A stretch of 64,000 nt of DNA from Armatimonadota bacterium (GCA_041690135.1 JAWLHY010000017.1:64001-128000), one strand, 5' to 3'; shown: positions 39,701-47,685, numbered from the stretch's first letter. The notes: generated by a model not told the origin, from the sequence alone. Program-made: numbers and translations.

Positions 39701-39812
39701 CTCGGCGCGGTTTGTGGTTCGCACCGCGCGCCCGAAGGAGAGCGTGGAAGTCGCAATCAGCGGCGCGTACGGAGGGGCCACTCGATCCGCCTCGCTACAG
39801 GTTCTCAGGTAG
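33744..39812 (+). CDS. Secreted M36 (fungalysin-like) zinc metallopeptidase: signal peptide, FTP/PepSY propeptide, M36, Ig-like linker, 12 FN3 repeats, basic C-terminal domain
   Basis: QQHRGIPVF (FTP), RLAW...FLVDAVSG (PepSY), TNLFYWNN..HD..YHFGFTETAGNFQ, IIHEYGHGLSNRL, MGEGWSDF; 12 PxAPxxL...W...Y.YRVRA.N units counted. Start ATG 33744. Confidence 0.92.
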   Translation: MATASPPRTPRLRGASLFLVLAFLSLGTLCFAAGEPASPYRGGFLASQLEDGGDRSGPLPDFDVQAARGTVLPALPERTADAVAGELPAGSRVRLSALTRRASRVAHPHRALTLPSTGTALEIAKRFLADQPALFGLGRGEVQALQATRNYTTKGLDVTHLTVTQQHRGIPVFQSEMVLNVGRGGRLLSVAGELVPRLEGTVNTVAPALSAAGALTIACRNIGLVVAQPPVPAGPPAGPRQRITFAAGETFPLPITAELSYIQVAPGSTRLAWDLILFQRNAPDIYHFLVDAVSGAVLFRKNYTQYAQGLVYHRDSPQDGTPYLGVEPPVLQRVLRPFDGSIIFSPADPHFDWWAGAPQTTTETNNVRAGLNREGPTLPILTTQPNQVSAPAGNFSFPLDLSQQPSAWTDAAVTNLFYWNNICHDVWYHFGFTETAGNFQNSNFGLGGGEADHVIALAQHGADLNPPQRGNAFMATLPDGLPGFMAMFEFDLTNPLRDSDLDNGVIIHEYGHGLSNRLIGNGNGLNGFQSGSMGEGWSDFCALTILAEPTDDIHGRYPMGGWVLNDFANGIRSQTYSSDPAVFTRTYGEISDLFPFVHTAGEIMANALWQMYVKLVERFGFTEGRERAMQLFVDGLKLSPVNPTFLDYRDAILLADTQRYSGEHLDEIWRSFASRGMGLSASTTDTDDINPVEAFDFPINVFSISGRASVGGIGVGGVQVTATDPTLVTMENPTGLVASEVTAADGTYTLAGLKAASLRVSAVFPNFSFAPPQVIVAVPPIAEGVNFVGQQVSPIPGPPGLTAAAVSSREIRLDWQDNFGDETVFEIERKDAGGAFTQIAAVGANITSFSDGGRAPNSTYVYRVRAILPYAVSVYSDEASALTFPEAPSALTARVISDTRIDLSWTPATGGQASFRLERVVGGSIQTGSGLANITVAGDQVAYTDAAVAAHTTYAYRIRAVNASGESPASREAGGTTLRAKPAAPGGLTVMANSSSTLRLSWVDQSDNETFFRVERSEDNGTTWPVSRSVDGSSGSGAGVELVESGLTANTRYTFRVLAVNVNHASDPAGPVSRLTAPARPTGLAASSLGGNSVKLVWSDNSPQPSDFRVERRTGAGMYGLLGTVAAGSTTYTDTTVSSNTQYFYRVQAVNVDAASEFSNEAEISTPPDAPLAPVGLSLEVLSSREIRLTWSDQSLLEQSFKIERRVADDAPGFRQVATVPAADGTGSVVAYLDGGLVPATRYAYRVRAANAGGNSAYTGEVSARTLPNPPGVPSGLGVSVVSQNELKLTWIDGSSDETGFKIERSLDGMSFTQIDTAAENATSYSNSGLLPNTAYYYRVRATNDGGDSAYSNVASGTTQPEVPQSPTGLSALVSPTGVQLSWSDTSDNETGFRLERSTDGVAFSLLVVLGMDASSHTDQSVAPNTTYWYQVRAVNAGGPSEASNQVMVRTPPLPPSAPSDLQVAVVSESELALTWQDNSNNEDGFEVDRREGDGPFSRVATLPAQAASFDDTGLASNTEYHYRVRAVNAGGASAYTPTIGRFTLPSVPSGISAMATAQQRIDLIWTDTSARPSAFRVERATGMSGTWTQIAVTAVGASSYQDTGLPVFAEYRYRVRATNPSGDSASSNEASARTLPLPPAAPTDLRIAQATQTTLTLGWTDRSGNELGFKVEQSDNGGESFAQVRQLGANSDSVTVDGLAPATTYQFRVRAFNAGGDSAYTSTLAAATLPLAPGTPSGLIVSLAPGAQTAPGALAPGATSLVLSWTDNSSTETGFRIERSSNGGETFAVVGLVGADVTSYVDTSLTAATTYTYQVRSVNAGGDSAPSGMASHVTLPAPPVAPTALTAVAKSAAAVQVTWTDASTDETGFRIERRVSNGSFSVLATVGAGSQSHTDGTVAAGATYRYRIAAENAGGLSTFTETEVVLPLGLVSIALTGDSVRGGRSVRGTVTLSGPAPRGGALVILTSSDPVVRVPRKVRISPGRTSARFVVRTARPKESVEVAISGAYGGATRSASLQVLR

Positions 39813-39821
39813 CGAGGTAAT

Positions 39822-39862
39822 GCTGGGGCGGGCGCAAAGTGTAGGCTTGCGCCCGCCCCAGC
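39822..39862. terminator. Bidirectional terminator-like hairpin
   Basis: Perfect 16-bp stem GCTGGGGCGGGCGCAA/TTGCGCCCGCCCCAGC between the convergent M36 and htrA genes. Confidence 0.7.
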
Positions 39863-39864
39863 CG

Positions 39865-41004
39865 TTACCGGGCAGAGGGGGCTTCGCCCAACTGTACGGT
39901 AAACGTGCGCCGATCGTTTCCGCGTTGCGCCACGATCCGGATCTCATCTCCCGGTGCGTGGTCGCGGAGGGCGTTTCGCAGATCGCCGGCGTCCGAAACC
40001 TCCACTCCATTCACCTGTAGCAGGATGTCTTCCGGACGGATGCCGGCGCGGTCGGCCGGCCCGCCGCGCACTACGTTAGCTACAATCGCGCCCCGTTCAG
40101 CCGGCAGCTCGTACTCGCGAGCCAATTCGGGCGTCACCAACACGTAGGTGAGCCCCAACCACGGTCGGATGACGCGACCATGCTCCAGGATGTCATTTAG
40201 AGTGTCGCGCGCGGTGTTGATAGGCACGGCAAATCCCAGGCCGGTCCCACCGTACGGTCCGGATACAACTGCCGTGTTGATGCCAATCACGCGGCCTCGC
40301 GCGTCCACCAACGGGCCGCCGGAGTTGCCCGGGTTAATACTGGCGTCTGTCTGGATCATGTTGTCCAGCACGGCTCCCTGGCCTTCCAGGTTCCGGTTGG
40401 TGGCACTCACGATGCCGGAGGTCACGGTCCGCTCGAACCCGAGGGGATTTCCGATGGCAATGGCGGTCTGGCCCACGTGGAGTTCGTCGGAGTTTCCCAA
40501 CGGGGCCGCGGGAAGGTCGTTCCCGTCGACCTTGACGACGGCGATGTCCACTGCCGGATCGGCGCCGAGTACCTGGCCGGTTACTTCCCGACCCGTGGCC
40601 AGGGTAACCCGCACCCGGCTGCTCCCCTGCACCACATGACTGTTGGTGAGAATGTAGCCGTTACGGGTGACGATTACGCCCGATCCGAGCCCGCGTCCGG
40701 ACGCGGGTTGAATGCTGACCACAGAGGGAGTGACCCGGTCGGCCGCCTGGATGACGTTAACATCTCCCAGTGACGATAGTTGCGCCGGCTCTTCGCCGGC
40801 TGCACCTGGGGTCTCAACCGGGGAAGGGGCGGTGCGTGGATCAGGTTCCGGCCAAAGCGGTGTTTCGACCGGCCTGCGGTCCTGGGGCCGGTCAGTCGCG
40901 CTCTCCTGTCGATCCTGCAAGAAGGCCGGTCGTTCACAGCCTCCCAGCAGTGTCGCAGCCAGTCCGACCCCCATCAGTACCGGCCATCCACTCCGTCTTG
41001 CCAT
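39865..41004 (-). CDS. htrA: HtrA/DegP-family serine protease with one PDZ domain, probable lipoprotein
   Basis: GSGVIV, ILTNSHVV, DIAVVKV, AIGNPLG, QTDASINPGNSGGPL, PDZ GPADRAGI; lipobox-like LLGGC. Start ATG 41004. Confidence 0.92.
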   Translation of the reverse strand: MARRSGWPVLMGVGLAATLLGGCERPAFLQDRQESATDRPQDRRPVETPLWPEPDPRTAPSPVETPGAAGEEPAQLSSLGDVNVIQAADRVTPSVVSIQPASGRGLGSGVIVTRNGYILTNSHVVQGSSRVRVTLATGREVTGQVLGADPAVDIAVVKVDGNDLPAAPLGNSDELHVGQTAIAIGNPLGFERTVTSGIVSATNRNLEGQGAVLDNMIQTDASINPGNSGGPLVDARGRVIGINTAVVSGPYGGTGLGFAVPINTARDTLNDILEHGRVIRPWLGLTYVLVTPELAREYELPAERGAIVANVVRGGPADRAGIRPEDILLQVNGVEVSDAGDLRNALRDHAPGDEIRIVAQRGNDRRTFTVQLGEAPSAR

Positions 41005-41343
41005 CGCCTTCTCCCCTCTGCGCTCCCGCGAGGCTCTGGGATACCCGGTGCACCTCGCACGACCGGCTATACCCGGAGGGCCGACGCTCAAAACGACGCC
41101 GCTCGGCTGCCTGTCCACCCGCCGAGAGAGGATGAAGAGGTGGTCGAAAGGCGACTTCGGAACTTGGGTCCCTAGAAGAGCGAGCCGCCCACTCGGCAGT
41201 GCCGGAAAAACCCTCTGCGAGTGCGAAGAGGACGTAAAGGGAGCCGGTGGCTTGCCAGCGAACGGTTAAACAGCGCCGGGAGCACTGATCGCCGTTCCGG
41301 TCGCATGGGAAGGGGCAAGCACGGGCCAGCAGGGGGTTCATCA

Positions 41344-42462
41344 TTGCGTATCGACCGGATCGAAATCTACTACGTTCGCCTTCCATTGATCTATCCATGG
41401 AAGACGGCCTATGGCGAAGATGCCGACATCCACTCCGTGCTGTTCCGGCTGGTTTCCGGAGCGCATGAGGGGTGGGGGGAGACAACCCCCTTTTTTGCAC
41501 CCACCTACTCGCCGGAAACGGCCTCCACAGTCTTTGTACTGAATGAGGAAGTCTTCGGACCGCGCCTCATCGGACGGGAGTTCGAAACGGCCGAAGCCCT
41601 TCTGGACGCCCTCCGCATCTTCAAGGGCAACCCGTTCGCCAAGGCGGGTCCGGAGTCCGCATGGTGGGACCTCAAAGCACGGATGGAGGGGGTCCCACTG
41701 GGAAAGCTCCTCGGTGCGAGCCGGACCACGGTGGATGCGGGCTCCGACTTCGGCGTGCAGGACAGCTACGACATGCTCCTGGAGAAGATCCAGGGGGCGA
41801 TTGACCGGGGATTCAAGCGCACCAAGCTGAAGGTACGTCCTGGTTGGGACCTCGAGATGCTTCGCCTGGTGCGGGAGACCTTCCCCCGCCAGACGTTCCA
41901 CATCGACTGCAACTCCGGATACACGCTGGCGGATCTCGATTTCTTCAAGGCTGTGGATCGCCTCGATCTGGCCATGATCGAACAGCCCCTCTTCCATCGG
42001 GATCTCCACGACCACGCGGAACTGCAGGGTCAGCTGGATACTCCGATCTGCCTTGATGAGTCGATCACCTGCCTCCGCGACTTCGACCTGGCTCTCAAGC
42101 TCGGTTCCTGTCGTTACCTCAACATCAAGATCGGCAGGGTAGGAGGGATCTCGGTGGCCCGTTCTCTCCACGACCGGGCGATGGAGCACGGTGTTCCGTG
42201 TTGGGTGGGAGGCATGCTGGAGAGTGGGTTAGGGGCCGGTCTCAGCATCGAGCTCGCGGGTCTCGCCAACTTCACTTACCCGAACGACCTCTTCCCTTCG
42301 GCGTTCTTTTACCGCCAGGACCTCACCGAACCGGAGACAGCGCTGAACCCGGACTGTACCTTCAGCCTTTCCACGGTGCCCGGTACTCCCTACGTCCCCG
42401 TGCGAGAACGGGTGGAAGCCGCCACCGTGCGGAAAGCAGTGCTCACCGCTCCCTGCGGTTGA
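41344..42462 (+). CDS. menC: o-succinylbenzoate synthase / N-succinyl(acyl)amino-acid racemase (enolase superfamily, NSAR/OSBS subfamily)
   Basis: GWGE, PTYSPET, KLKVRPG, IDCNSGY, IEQPL, CLDES, NIKIGRVGG, WVGGMLESG. Start TTG 41344. Confidence 0.8.
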   Translation: MRIDRIEIYYVRLPLIYPWKTAYGEDADIHSVLFRLVSGAHEGWGETTPFFAPTYSPETASTVFVLNEEVFGPRLIGREFETAEALLDALRIFKGNPFAKAGPESAWWDLKARMEGVPLGKLLGASRTTVDAGSDFGVQDSYDMLLEKIQGAIDRGFKRTKLKVRPGWDLEMLRLVRETFPRQTFHIDCNSGYTLADLDFFKAVDRLDLAMIEQPLFHRDLHDHAELQGQLDTPICLDESITCLRDFDLALKLGSCRYLNIKIGRVGGISVARSLHDRAMEHGVPCWVGGMLESGLGAGLSIELAGLANFTYPNDLFPSAFFYRQDLTEPETALNPDCTFSLSTVPGTPYVPVRERVEAATVRKAVLTAPCG

Positions 42463-42556
42463 GGGACGGTTGCGGTAGACTAACACCGGATTGAACGGAG
42501 GGCGGCCAACGACGCTGCCCAAGCCGCTCGCGACGCTTCTGTGAAGGAGACCCGAA

Positions 42557-43168
42557 ATGCCCGAGTTCACGTTGCCGCCGTTGCCCTACGCATACGACGC
42601 ACTCCAGCCGCATATCAGCCGCGAAACGATGGAGCTCCACCACGACAAGCACCATCAGGCTTATGTCACCAACCTCAACGCCGCCCTGAAGGACCTTTCC
42701 CAGTTCGACGGCAAGTCGATCGAGGAGATTCTTGGCGACATCAACGCGGTTCCGGAAAACGTGCGGCAGGCCGTCATCAACAACGGCGGCGGTCACGCCA
42801 ACCACACCCTTTTCTGGGAGATCATGGGGCCGGGTGGCGGCGGGGCCCCCGCCGGTGCCCTGGGCGATGCAATCAATGCCGCCTTCGGCGGTTTCGAGCA
42901 ATTCCAGGCGGCCATCAACGACGCAGGCGCCAAGCGGTTCGGCAGCGGCTGGGCCTGGCTGGTGGTCGACGGTGGACAGCTCAAGGTGTTGAGCACCGCT
43001 AACCAGGATAGCCCCTTGATGAACGGGCAGACCCCCATCCTCGGTGTGGATGTCTGGGAGCACGCCTATTACGTTGACTATCGCAACCGCCGTCCCGATT
43101 ATCTGAAGGCGTGGTGGAATACGGTCAACTGGAACAGTGTCTCCGCCCGGTTTGACGCCGCAAAGTAA
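42557..43168 (+). CDS. sodA: Superoxide dismutase, Mn-type
   Basis: [52 protein letters not shown]; GGGH plus NQD is the Mn-type signature. RBS AAGGAG. Confidence 0.96.
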   Translation: MPEFTLPPLPYAYDALQPHISRETMELHHDKHHQAYVTNLNAALKDLSQFDGKSIEEILGDINAVPENVRQAVINNGGGHANHTLFWEIMGPGGGGAPAGALGDAINAAFGGFEQFQAAINDAGAKRFGSGWAWLVVDGGQLKVLSTANQDSPLMNGQTPILGVDVWEHAYYVDYRNRRPDYLKAWWNTVNWNSVSARFDAAK

Positions 43169-43193
43169 CGGACACCAATTCAGAAATGCCTTG

Positions 43194-43226
43194 GGAAACG
43201 CCGGGTCGTGCGGACGCGGCGTTTCC
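43194..43226 (+). terminator. Hairpin downstream of sodA
   Basis: GGAAACGCCG/CGGCGTTTCC 10-bp stem; no clear U-tract. Confidence 0.4.
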
Positions 43227-43335
43227 GGCCTCAGGGCGGGAGGCCGGTGCGGCATGGGTTTGTGCGTAAGCTCTCTTCGGGAAAAACCGGGCAGGCCAAT
43301 TCAGGCCAAGTGTATGGAAAGCACCGGAGGGAGAA

Positions 43336-43764
43336 ATGCGAACAACGGGAATAATCGCGCTGGCCGGCGCCGCGATCGGATTCTTCTGGGGCACGGATCG
43401 AGGTCGGTCCATGCTGCGGCGAGCCACTCACGCTGCACACGAAGGGTACACCCGGATCCGGGAGCGGATGGGTACGCACGAAGACCCGGCCATGCGAGCT
43501 ACGAGCACGAATGACTCCGGCGGAGTGGCGGAGACCGGCCTGCTTCCCTTCGACACCACCCACGTTGGGGGAGGAGAGGGAACGTCTCGCATGACCGAAG
43601 AATCGGCTGCGGGCGGATTCGGTAACGCGGGTTCCGCGGGTGACTTTCGCGGGACCGAAGAGGCGGACGTCACGATGCTCGTAGAAGAGGCATTGAGTGA
43701 CCCCCACCCGGACACTGAAATCGCACATGCCTTTGAGGAAGCCGCCACCCACTCGGGCCGCTAA
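43336..43764 (+). CDS. Hypothetical protein with N-terminal membrane anchor and acidic low-complexity body
   Basis: RBS GGAGGGAG; IIALAGAAIGFFWGTDRGR resembles YtxH-type anchors. Confidence 0.6.
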   Translation: MRTTGIIALAGAAIGFFWGTDRGRSMLRRATHAAHEGYTRIRERMGTHEDPAMRATSTNDSGGVAETGLLPFDTTHVGGGEGTSRMTEESAAGGFGNAGSAGDFRGTEEADVTMLVEEALSDPHPDTEIAHAFEEAATHSGR

Positions 43765-43778
43765 GCTTCATAAGGAGT

Positions 43779-44300
43779 GGGCGCGGGTATCGCGAGCTGT
43801 GGGTTTGGAAGGGCAGATTCCCGCCGCTAATCCGAACCTGCGGCTCGCGTGCCTGCCCTCGGCGCTCCCGGGCGACCTGTAATCCCATGCCGCCGGTTCA
43901 AGACAGCGAATCCGGCGGATCGCCTGCGACGCGTGACACCAACCCCTTCCCCTCCGATGCCACATTCCGAATCCCGACCCCGGTCCGCGCGTGTATGCGG
44001 GACCGCGATACCCGCAGTGAGGTCCCGCTCGGGGTCGGCGGTGTGTACCACCAACCCTCGCGCATCGATCCGTGGTAGTCACCCCGAAACGAGCAGCCGA
44101 CCTGTTGACCCTTCAGCAACATTTTGCTCCAGGGCAGCGTCAAACCACCAGCGGGTTCGGCGGGAATTGGGACAGCACTGCCGGCGCGGCCCACGCGATG
44201 GAGTTTGCACACGGTGGCCCCCGCCGGAAAGTAACAGATACCAGCGCCGCGAGTGAGGATGAGGCAACGGGCGGTGGCCCTACCAACCTCCCCCGATAGG
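43779..44300 (+). ncRNA. Candidate structured RNA / repeat element, family not recognised
   Basis: 19-bp stem 43791-43809/43831-43849 whose four non-WC pairs are all G-U on the + strand; further stems at 43890/43918, 43974/44038, 43997/44028, 44046/44077; no convincing ORF. Confidence 0.4.
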
Positions 44301-44600
44301 GCGCTCGTTTGCTCCGCGCACCGGCATCCCCCGTTCCCACGTCAACGTGACTTCCTGCCGACCTCCGATCCGGTCCAATCCGACCCACCTATCCCGCCGG
44401 CCTTTGATGGGGTCTCGCTACTTCCGGGAGGGTGAGAGTTGTTGCTAAACAGATCGTCCGGGAGGCAGGAAAGGCGCAGAGTTTTACCTAAATGCATTAG
44501 GAAACAACCGGTGAACCCGGAATCGCCTCCCAGCGGAGGGAGATGACGACCGAGGGCCGTGCCTGGAGATCCCTCTGCCCGGCTGAGGAAGGTTGACTCG

Positions 44601-47600
44601 ATGGAATTTACCCCTTTATTTCGGAAGTCTCGGGGGGCGGTGCGCGCCGGAGTGCTGTTCGCGCTGCTGTCCGGGCTTACCAGCTTACTCGCCTTTAGTC
44701 CCGCCCCGCAGGCACAGGTAGCACGCCAGGTCAATTACCAGCGCCTGAACGAGGAACCCGTCGCTCCCAGCACGGTCAATGTGCGAAACCTCATCCGCCG
44801 GTTCGGTGCTACCGTCGGTGGCCGGAATGCAGGTGACGCTCGCGGGTTGGCGACCTCTTCGTCCTTGCAGGCAGCGGCTACGGGCGCCGTAACCCTTTCC
44901 TTCGACACAGCCCAGGACGCCGGGGCGTTCGAGCCGCCGGACAATGGTCTTGCCGTCGGCCCCAACCATATCGTGTCCGCCTACAACATCGCGTGGGGCG
45001 TTTGGGACAAGCGCACCGGTCGCCGATTGTTTCTGACGCCGTTTGCTACCTGGTACCAGGGCCTGGATGATACGGGTAACATCACCCATCCGCGGGTGGA
45101 ATACGATGCCCGCACCCAGCGGTGGTACCTGATGACTGTCGGGCGGAGCACGGCCAACCCGAAGGCGACCCTGCAGATTTCGGTCTCCGCCACCAGCGAC
45201 CCCCTGGGCGCCTGGTATCGCTACGTTTTCGATGTAACGGAGTCCGATCCGGCGAAGTGGCTGGATGATCCGACTTTCGGTTACAACGATCTCGCGTTTT
45301 TCGTAGCGGGCAGTGCCTACACGTTCGGGGCTACTCCCGCTTTCCAACACGTGACGCTGCGGACGTTCAGCAAGGCGTTGATGCTTGCGGGCGCGACGGT
45401 ACAACCCATTACCCTCACGAACCTGGGAAGTGGCCTAACGCCGGCGATCCAGCCTACCAGCGTACAACCCGTAATCAGTCGCGACAGCACCAACGTGCAG
45501 TGGATGGTGGATGCGAGCAGTGGCAACAGCCTGGGGCTGTGGAGGGTGACCAACCCGCTTTCCAACACGCCCCTCGTGACTTACACCAGCATATCCGTGC
45601 CGGGTTACGCGGCTCCGCCGGCGATGACGCAACAGGACCCGGCCGCGGCGGCGCTCCACGGTGGCGACACACGCATTGCGAATGCCATCCTATTGGATGG
45701 GCGCATCTGGTGTACCCACGGCTCCGGCATCGACGTTGCCGGTACCAACCGTGCGGAAGTGAGAGTTTACGAACTCGCAGCGACGGGCGCCGGGGCGTTG
45801 GTTCAAAGCTACGCGATTTCAGATCAGAATTTGAACCTCCACTTCCCAAGCCTAGACATCGATGGTTTTGGCGCTGTGCTGGTTGGGTTCAACACCTCCG
45901 GCGCGAACCAGTTTGTCGGGGTCTCATTCGCAGTCAAGGCGGAAGACGAGACGCAGTTCGGCGCTCCCCAGGTGCTGAAGGCCGGATCCTTCGACTACAC
46001 CCCTAGAAATGCGGCAAACGCCGGGCTCACGTGGGGCGAGTACAGCGACACGCAGTACGATCCCGCCAATCCGGGCCTGGTCTGGCACCAGGGTGAGTTG
46101 GCGGCTTCCACTACGACCTGGAAGCTCACGGTGGGAGCGATAGCCTCCACCCCCAAGAAACTTACCGTCACTTCGCCGAACGGAGGCGAAGTCGTCCTCA
46201 ACGGCGGGTCCCACACCATTACCTGGCGGAGTGCGGGCTTTGTCACGCCGGGAAATGTGCGCCTGGAACTCTCCCGGGATGGCGGTGAGACTTTCCCCGA
46301 GTTGATCAGCGCCGACACGCCGGATGACGGCTCGTTCGACTGGATCGCTACCGGGCCTGTCAGCACTCTGTGTCGCGTAAGAATCACTTCCCTGGTGGAT
46401 GTCACCGTAACCGATGATAGCGACGCGGACTTCAGTATCGTCGACGGTGTCCTACAGGTGGATACCCCCAATGGGGGAGAAGTGGCGATCACCGGTACTG
46501 TTTTACCGATAACCTGGACCGCTTCGGGTTTTGCCAACAGCCTGAACAATCCGACCGTAAGGATCGAATTGTCTCGGGATGCGGGCACCACCTGGACGGT
46601 CCTTTTCGCTTCCACGGCCAACGACGGTTCCGAGGACTGGACGGTGACCTCGCCCCTAACGGAAGAGGCCATCGTGCGCGTAACGGCCAACGCCTTCCCG
46701 GTGTTCACGGACGAAAGCGATGATGTCTTCGAAATCCGGGAGCCTTCCACGCTCACCGTCACTTATCCTAATGGCGGGGAGCAACTGGTGGATGGTCGGG
46801 AAATCGCCATTCAGTGGGAAACTACCGGCCTGGTTACCGACGTTCGCGTGGAGTTGAGCCGCAACGGTGGTATCACCTGGGAGACCCTATTCCCGAGCAC
46901 GCCCAATGAAACCAATGAACCCAACCGGGGTGAAGTGTTCTGGACCGTACGCGGTCCGTTCACTCGCCTGGCCCGTATACGGGTCACCGACCTCCACGAC
47001 CCAACCGCCAGCGACACTAGCAATGGCGTTTTCGACATCCAGGTGCCGAGCCTGCGGGTAACGTCACCGACGGAGGGTCAGCGGGCCCTGGTGGATGAGG
47101 AAACGACGATCACCTGGACGAGCAACGGCCTGGATGAGAATTCGGACGTTGTCGTGGAACTGTCGCGTGATGGCGGGGATACCTGGGAAGAGATCGCTTA
47201 CACCACTAATACCGGCTTCATTGACTGGCAGGTAGAGGGCGAGGAGACGACCAATGCCGTCATCCGCGTCACCTCGGAGGAAATCGCCGGCGTATTCGCG
47301 CTCTCTCGCCCCTTCAGCATCCTGGAGCCGACCATGTCACTCACGTCCCCGAATGGTCGGGATGGGTGGAGAGTCGGTCGCCAGGAGATCATCACGTGGA
47401 GCGGCACTACCCTGGGCCAGGGCCGGGTGGATATCCAGTTGAACCGCAACTACCCTCGGGGCGCCTGGGAAACCATCATCCGCAACTCGCCCAACGACGG
47501 TGGGCAAGCGTGGGGCGTCCGTGGGAAGCAATCCAAGCGCGCTCGCGTGCGAATTATCTGGAGTTCCGACACGGGTGGAGAGGTGGAAGACGAAAGCGAC

Positions 47601-47645
47601 GCCAACTTCCGCATCCTGAAGGCCTTGCGCGGCAAGCGCCGGTAA
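44601..47645 (+). CDS. Secreted protein: PPD..AVGPNH/WGxYS-type N-terminal domain plus 5 TSPNGGE Ig-like repeats, polybasic C-terminus
   Basis: RBS GAGGAAGG, signal peptide (…PAPQA-Q), EPPDNGLAVGPNHIV, TWGEYSD; repeats with SRDGGxTW; ends KALRGKRR. Confidence 0.82.
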   Translation: MEFTPLFRKSRGAVRAGVLFALLSGLTSLLAFSPAPQAQVARQVNYQRLNEEPVAPSTVNVRNLIRRFGATVGGRNAGDARGLATSSSLQAAATGAVTLSFDTAQDAGAFEPPDNGLAVGPNHIVSAYNIAWGVWDKRTGRRLFLTPFATWYQGLDDTGNITHPRVEYDARTQRWYLMTVGRSTANPKATLQISVSATSDPLGAWYRYVFDVTESDPAKWLDDPTFGYNDLAFFVAGSAYTFGATPAFQHVTLRTFSKALMLAGATVQPITLTNLGSGLTPAIQPTSVQPVISRDSTNVQWMVDASSGNSLGLWRVTNPLSNTPLVTYTSISVPGYAAPPAMTQQDPAAAALHGGDTRIANAILLDGRIWCTHGSGIDVAGTNRAEVRVYELAATGAGALVQSYAISDQNLNLHFPSLDIDGFGAVLVGFNTSGANQFVGVSFAVKAEDETQFGAPQVLKAGSFDYTPRNAANAGLTWGEYSDTQYDPANPGLVWHQGELAASTTTWKLTVGAIASTPKKLTVTSPNGGEVVLNGGSHTITWRSAGFVTPGNVRLELSRDGGETFPELISADTPDDGSFDWIATGPVSTLCRVRITSLVDVTVTDDSDADFSIVDGVLQVDTPNGGEVAITGTVLPITWTASGFANSLNNPTVRIELSRDAGTTWTVLFASTANDGSEDWTVTSPLTEEAIVRVTANAFPVFTDESDDVFEIREPSTLTVTYPNGGEQLVDGREIAIQWETTGLVTDVRVELSRNGGITWETLFPSTPNETNEPNRGEVFWTVRGPFTRLARIRVTDLHDPTASDTSNGVFDIQVPSLRVTSPTEGQRALVDEETTITWTSNGLDENSDVVVELSRDGGDTWEEIAYTTNTGFIDWQVEGEETTNAVIRVTSEEIAGVFALSRPFSILEPTMSLTSPNGRDGWRVGRQEIITWSGTTLGQGRVDIQLNRNYPRGAWETIIRNSPNDGGQAWGVRGKQSKRARVRIIWSSDTGGEVEDESDANFRILKALRGKRR

Positions 47646-47655
47646 GCGAGAACTC

Positions 47656-47685
47656 AGGGGCGACCAGCACGGTCGTCCCCTTTAT
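47656..47685 (+). terminator. Intrinsic terminator-like hairpin between the two surface-protein genes
   Basis: AGGGGCGACC-AGCAC-GGTCGTCCCCT followed by a T-rich tract. Confidence 0.55.

Noticed and set aside
44078-44100. CCGAAACGAGCAGC resembling the SRP RNA domain IV
   Set aside because: The required upstream CAGG half of the symmetric loop and the enclosing helix are missing.
44160-44240. GGGAA…GCCCCCGC resembling a cobalamin riboswitch
   Set aside because: No B12 box or GCCACTG/ACTGT elements, and no B12-related gene downstream.
43768-44435. Short ORFs across the structured intergenic region
   Set aside because: Arg/Pro-rich low-information translations, mutually overlapping, with no RBS or motif support.
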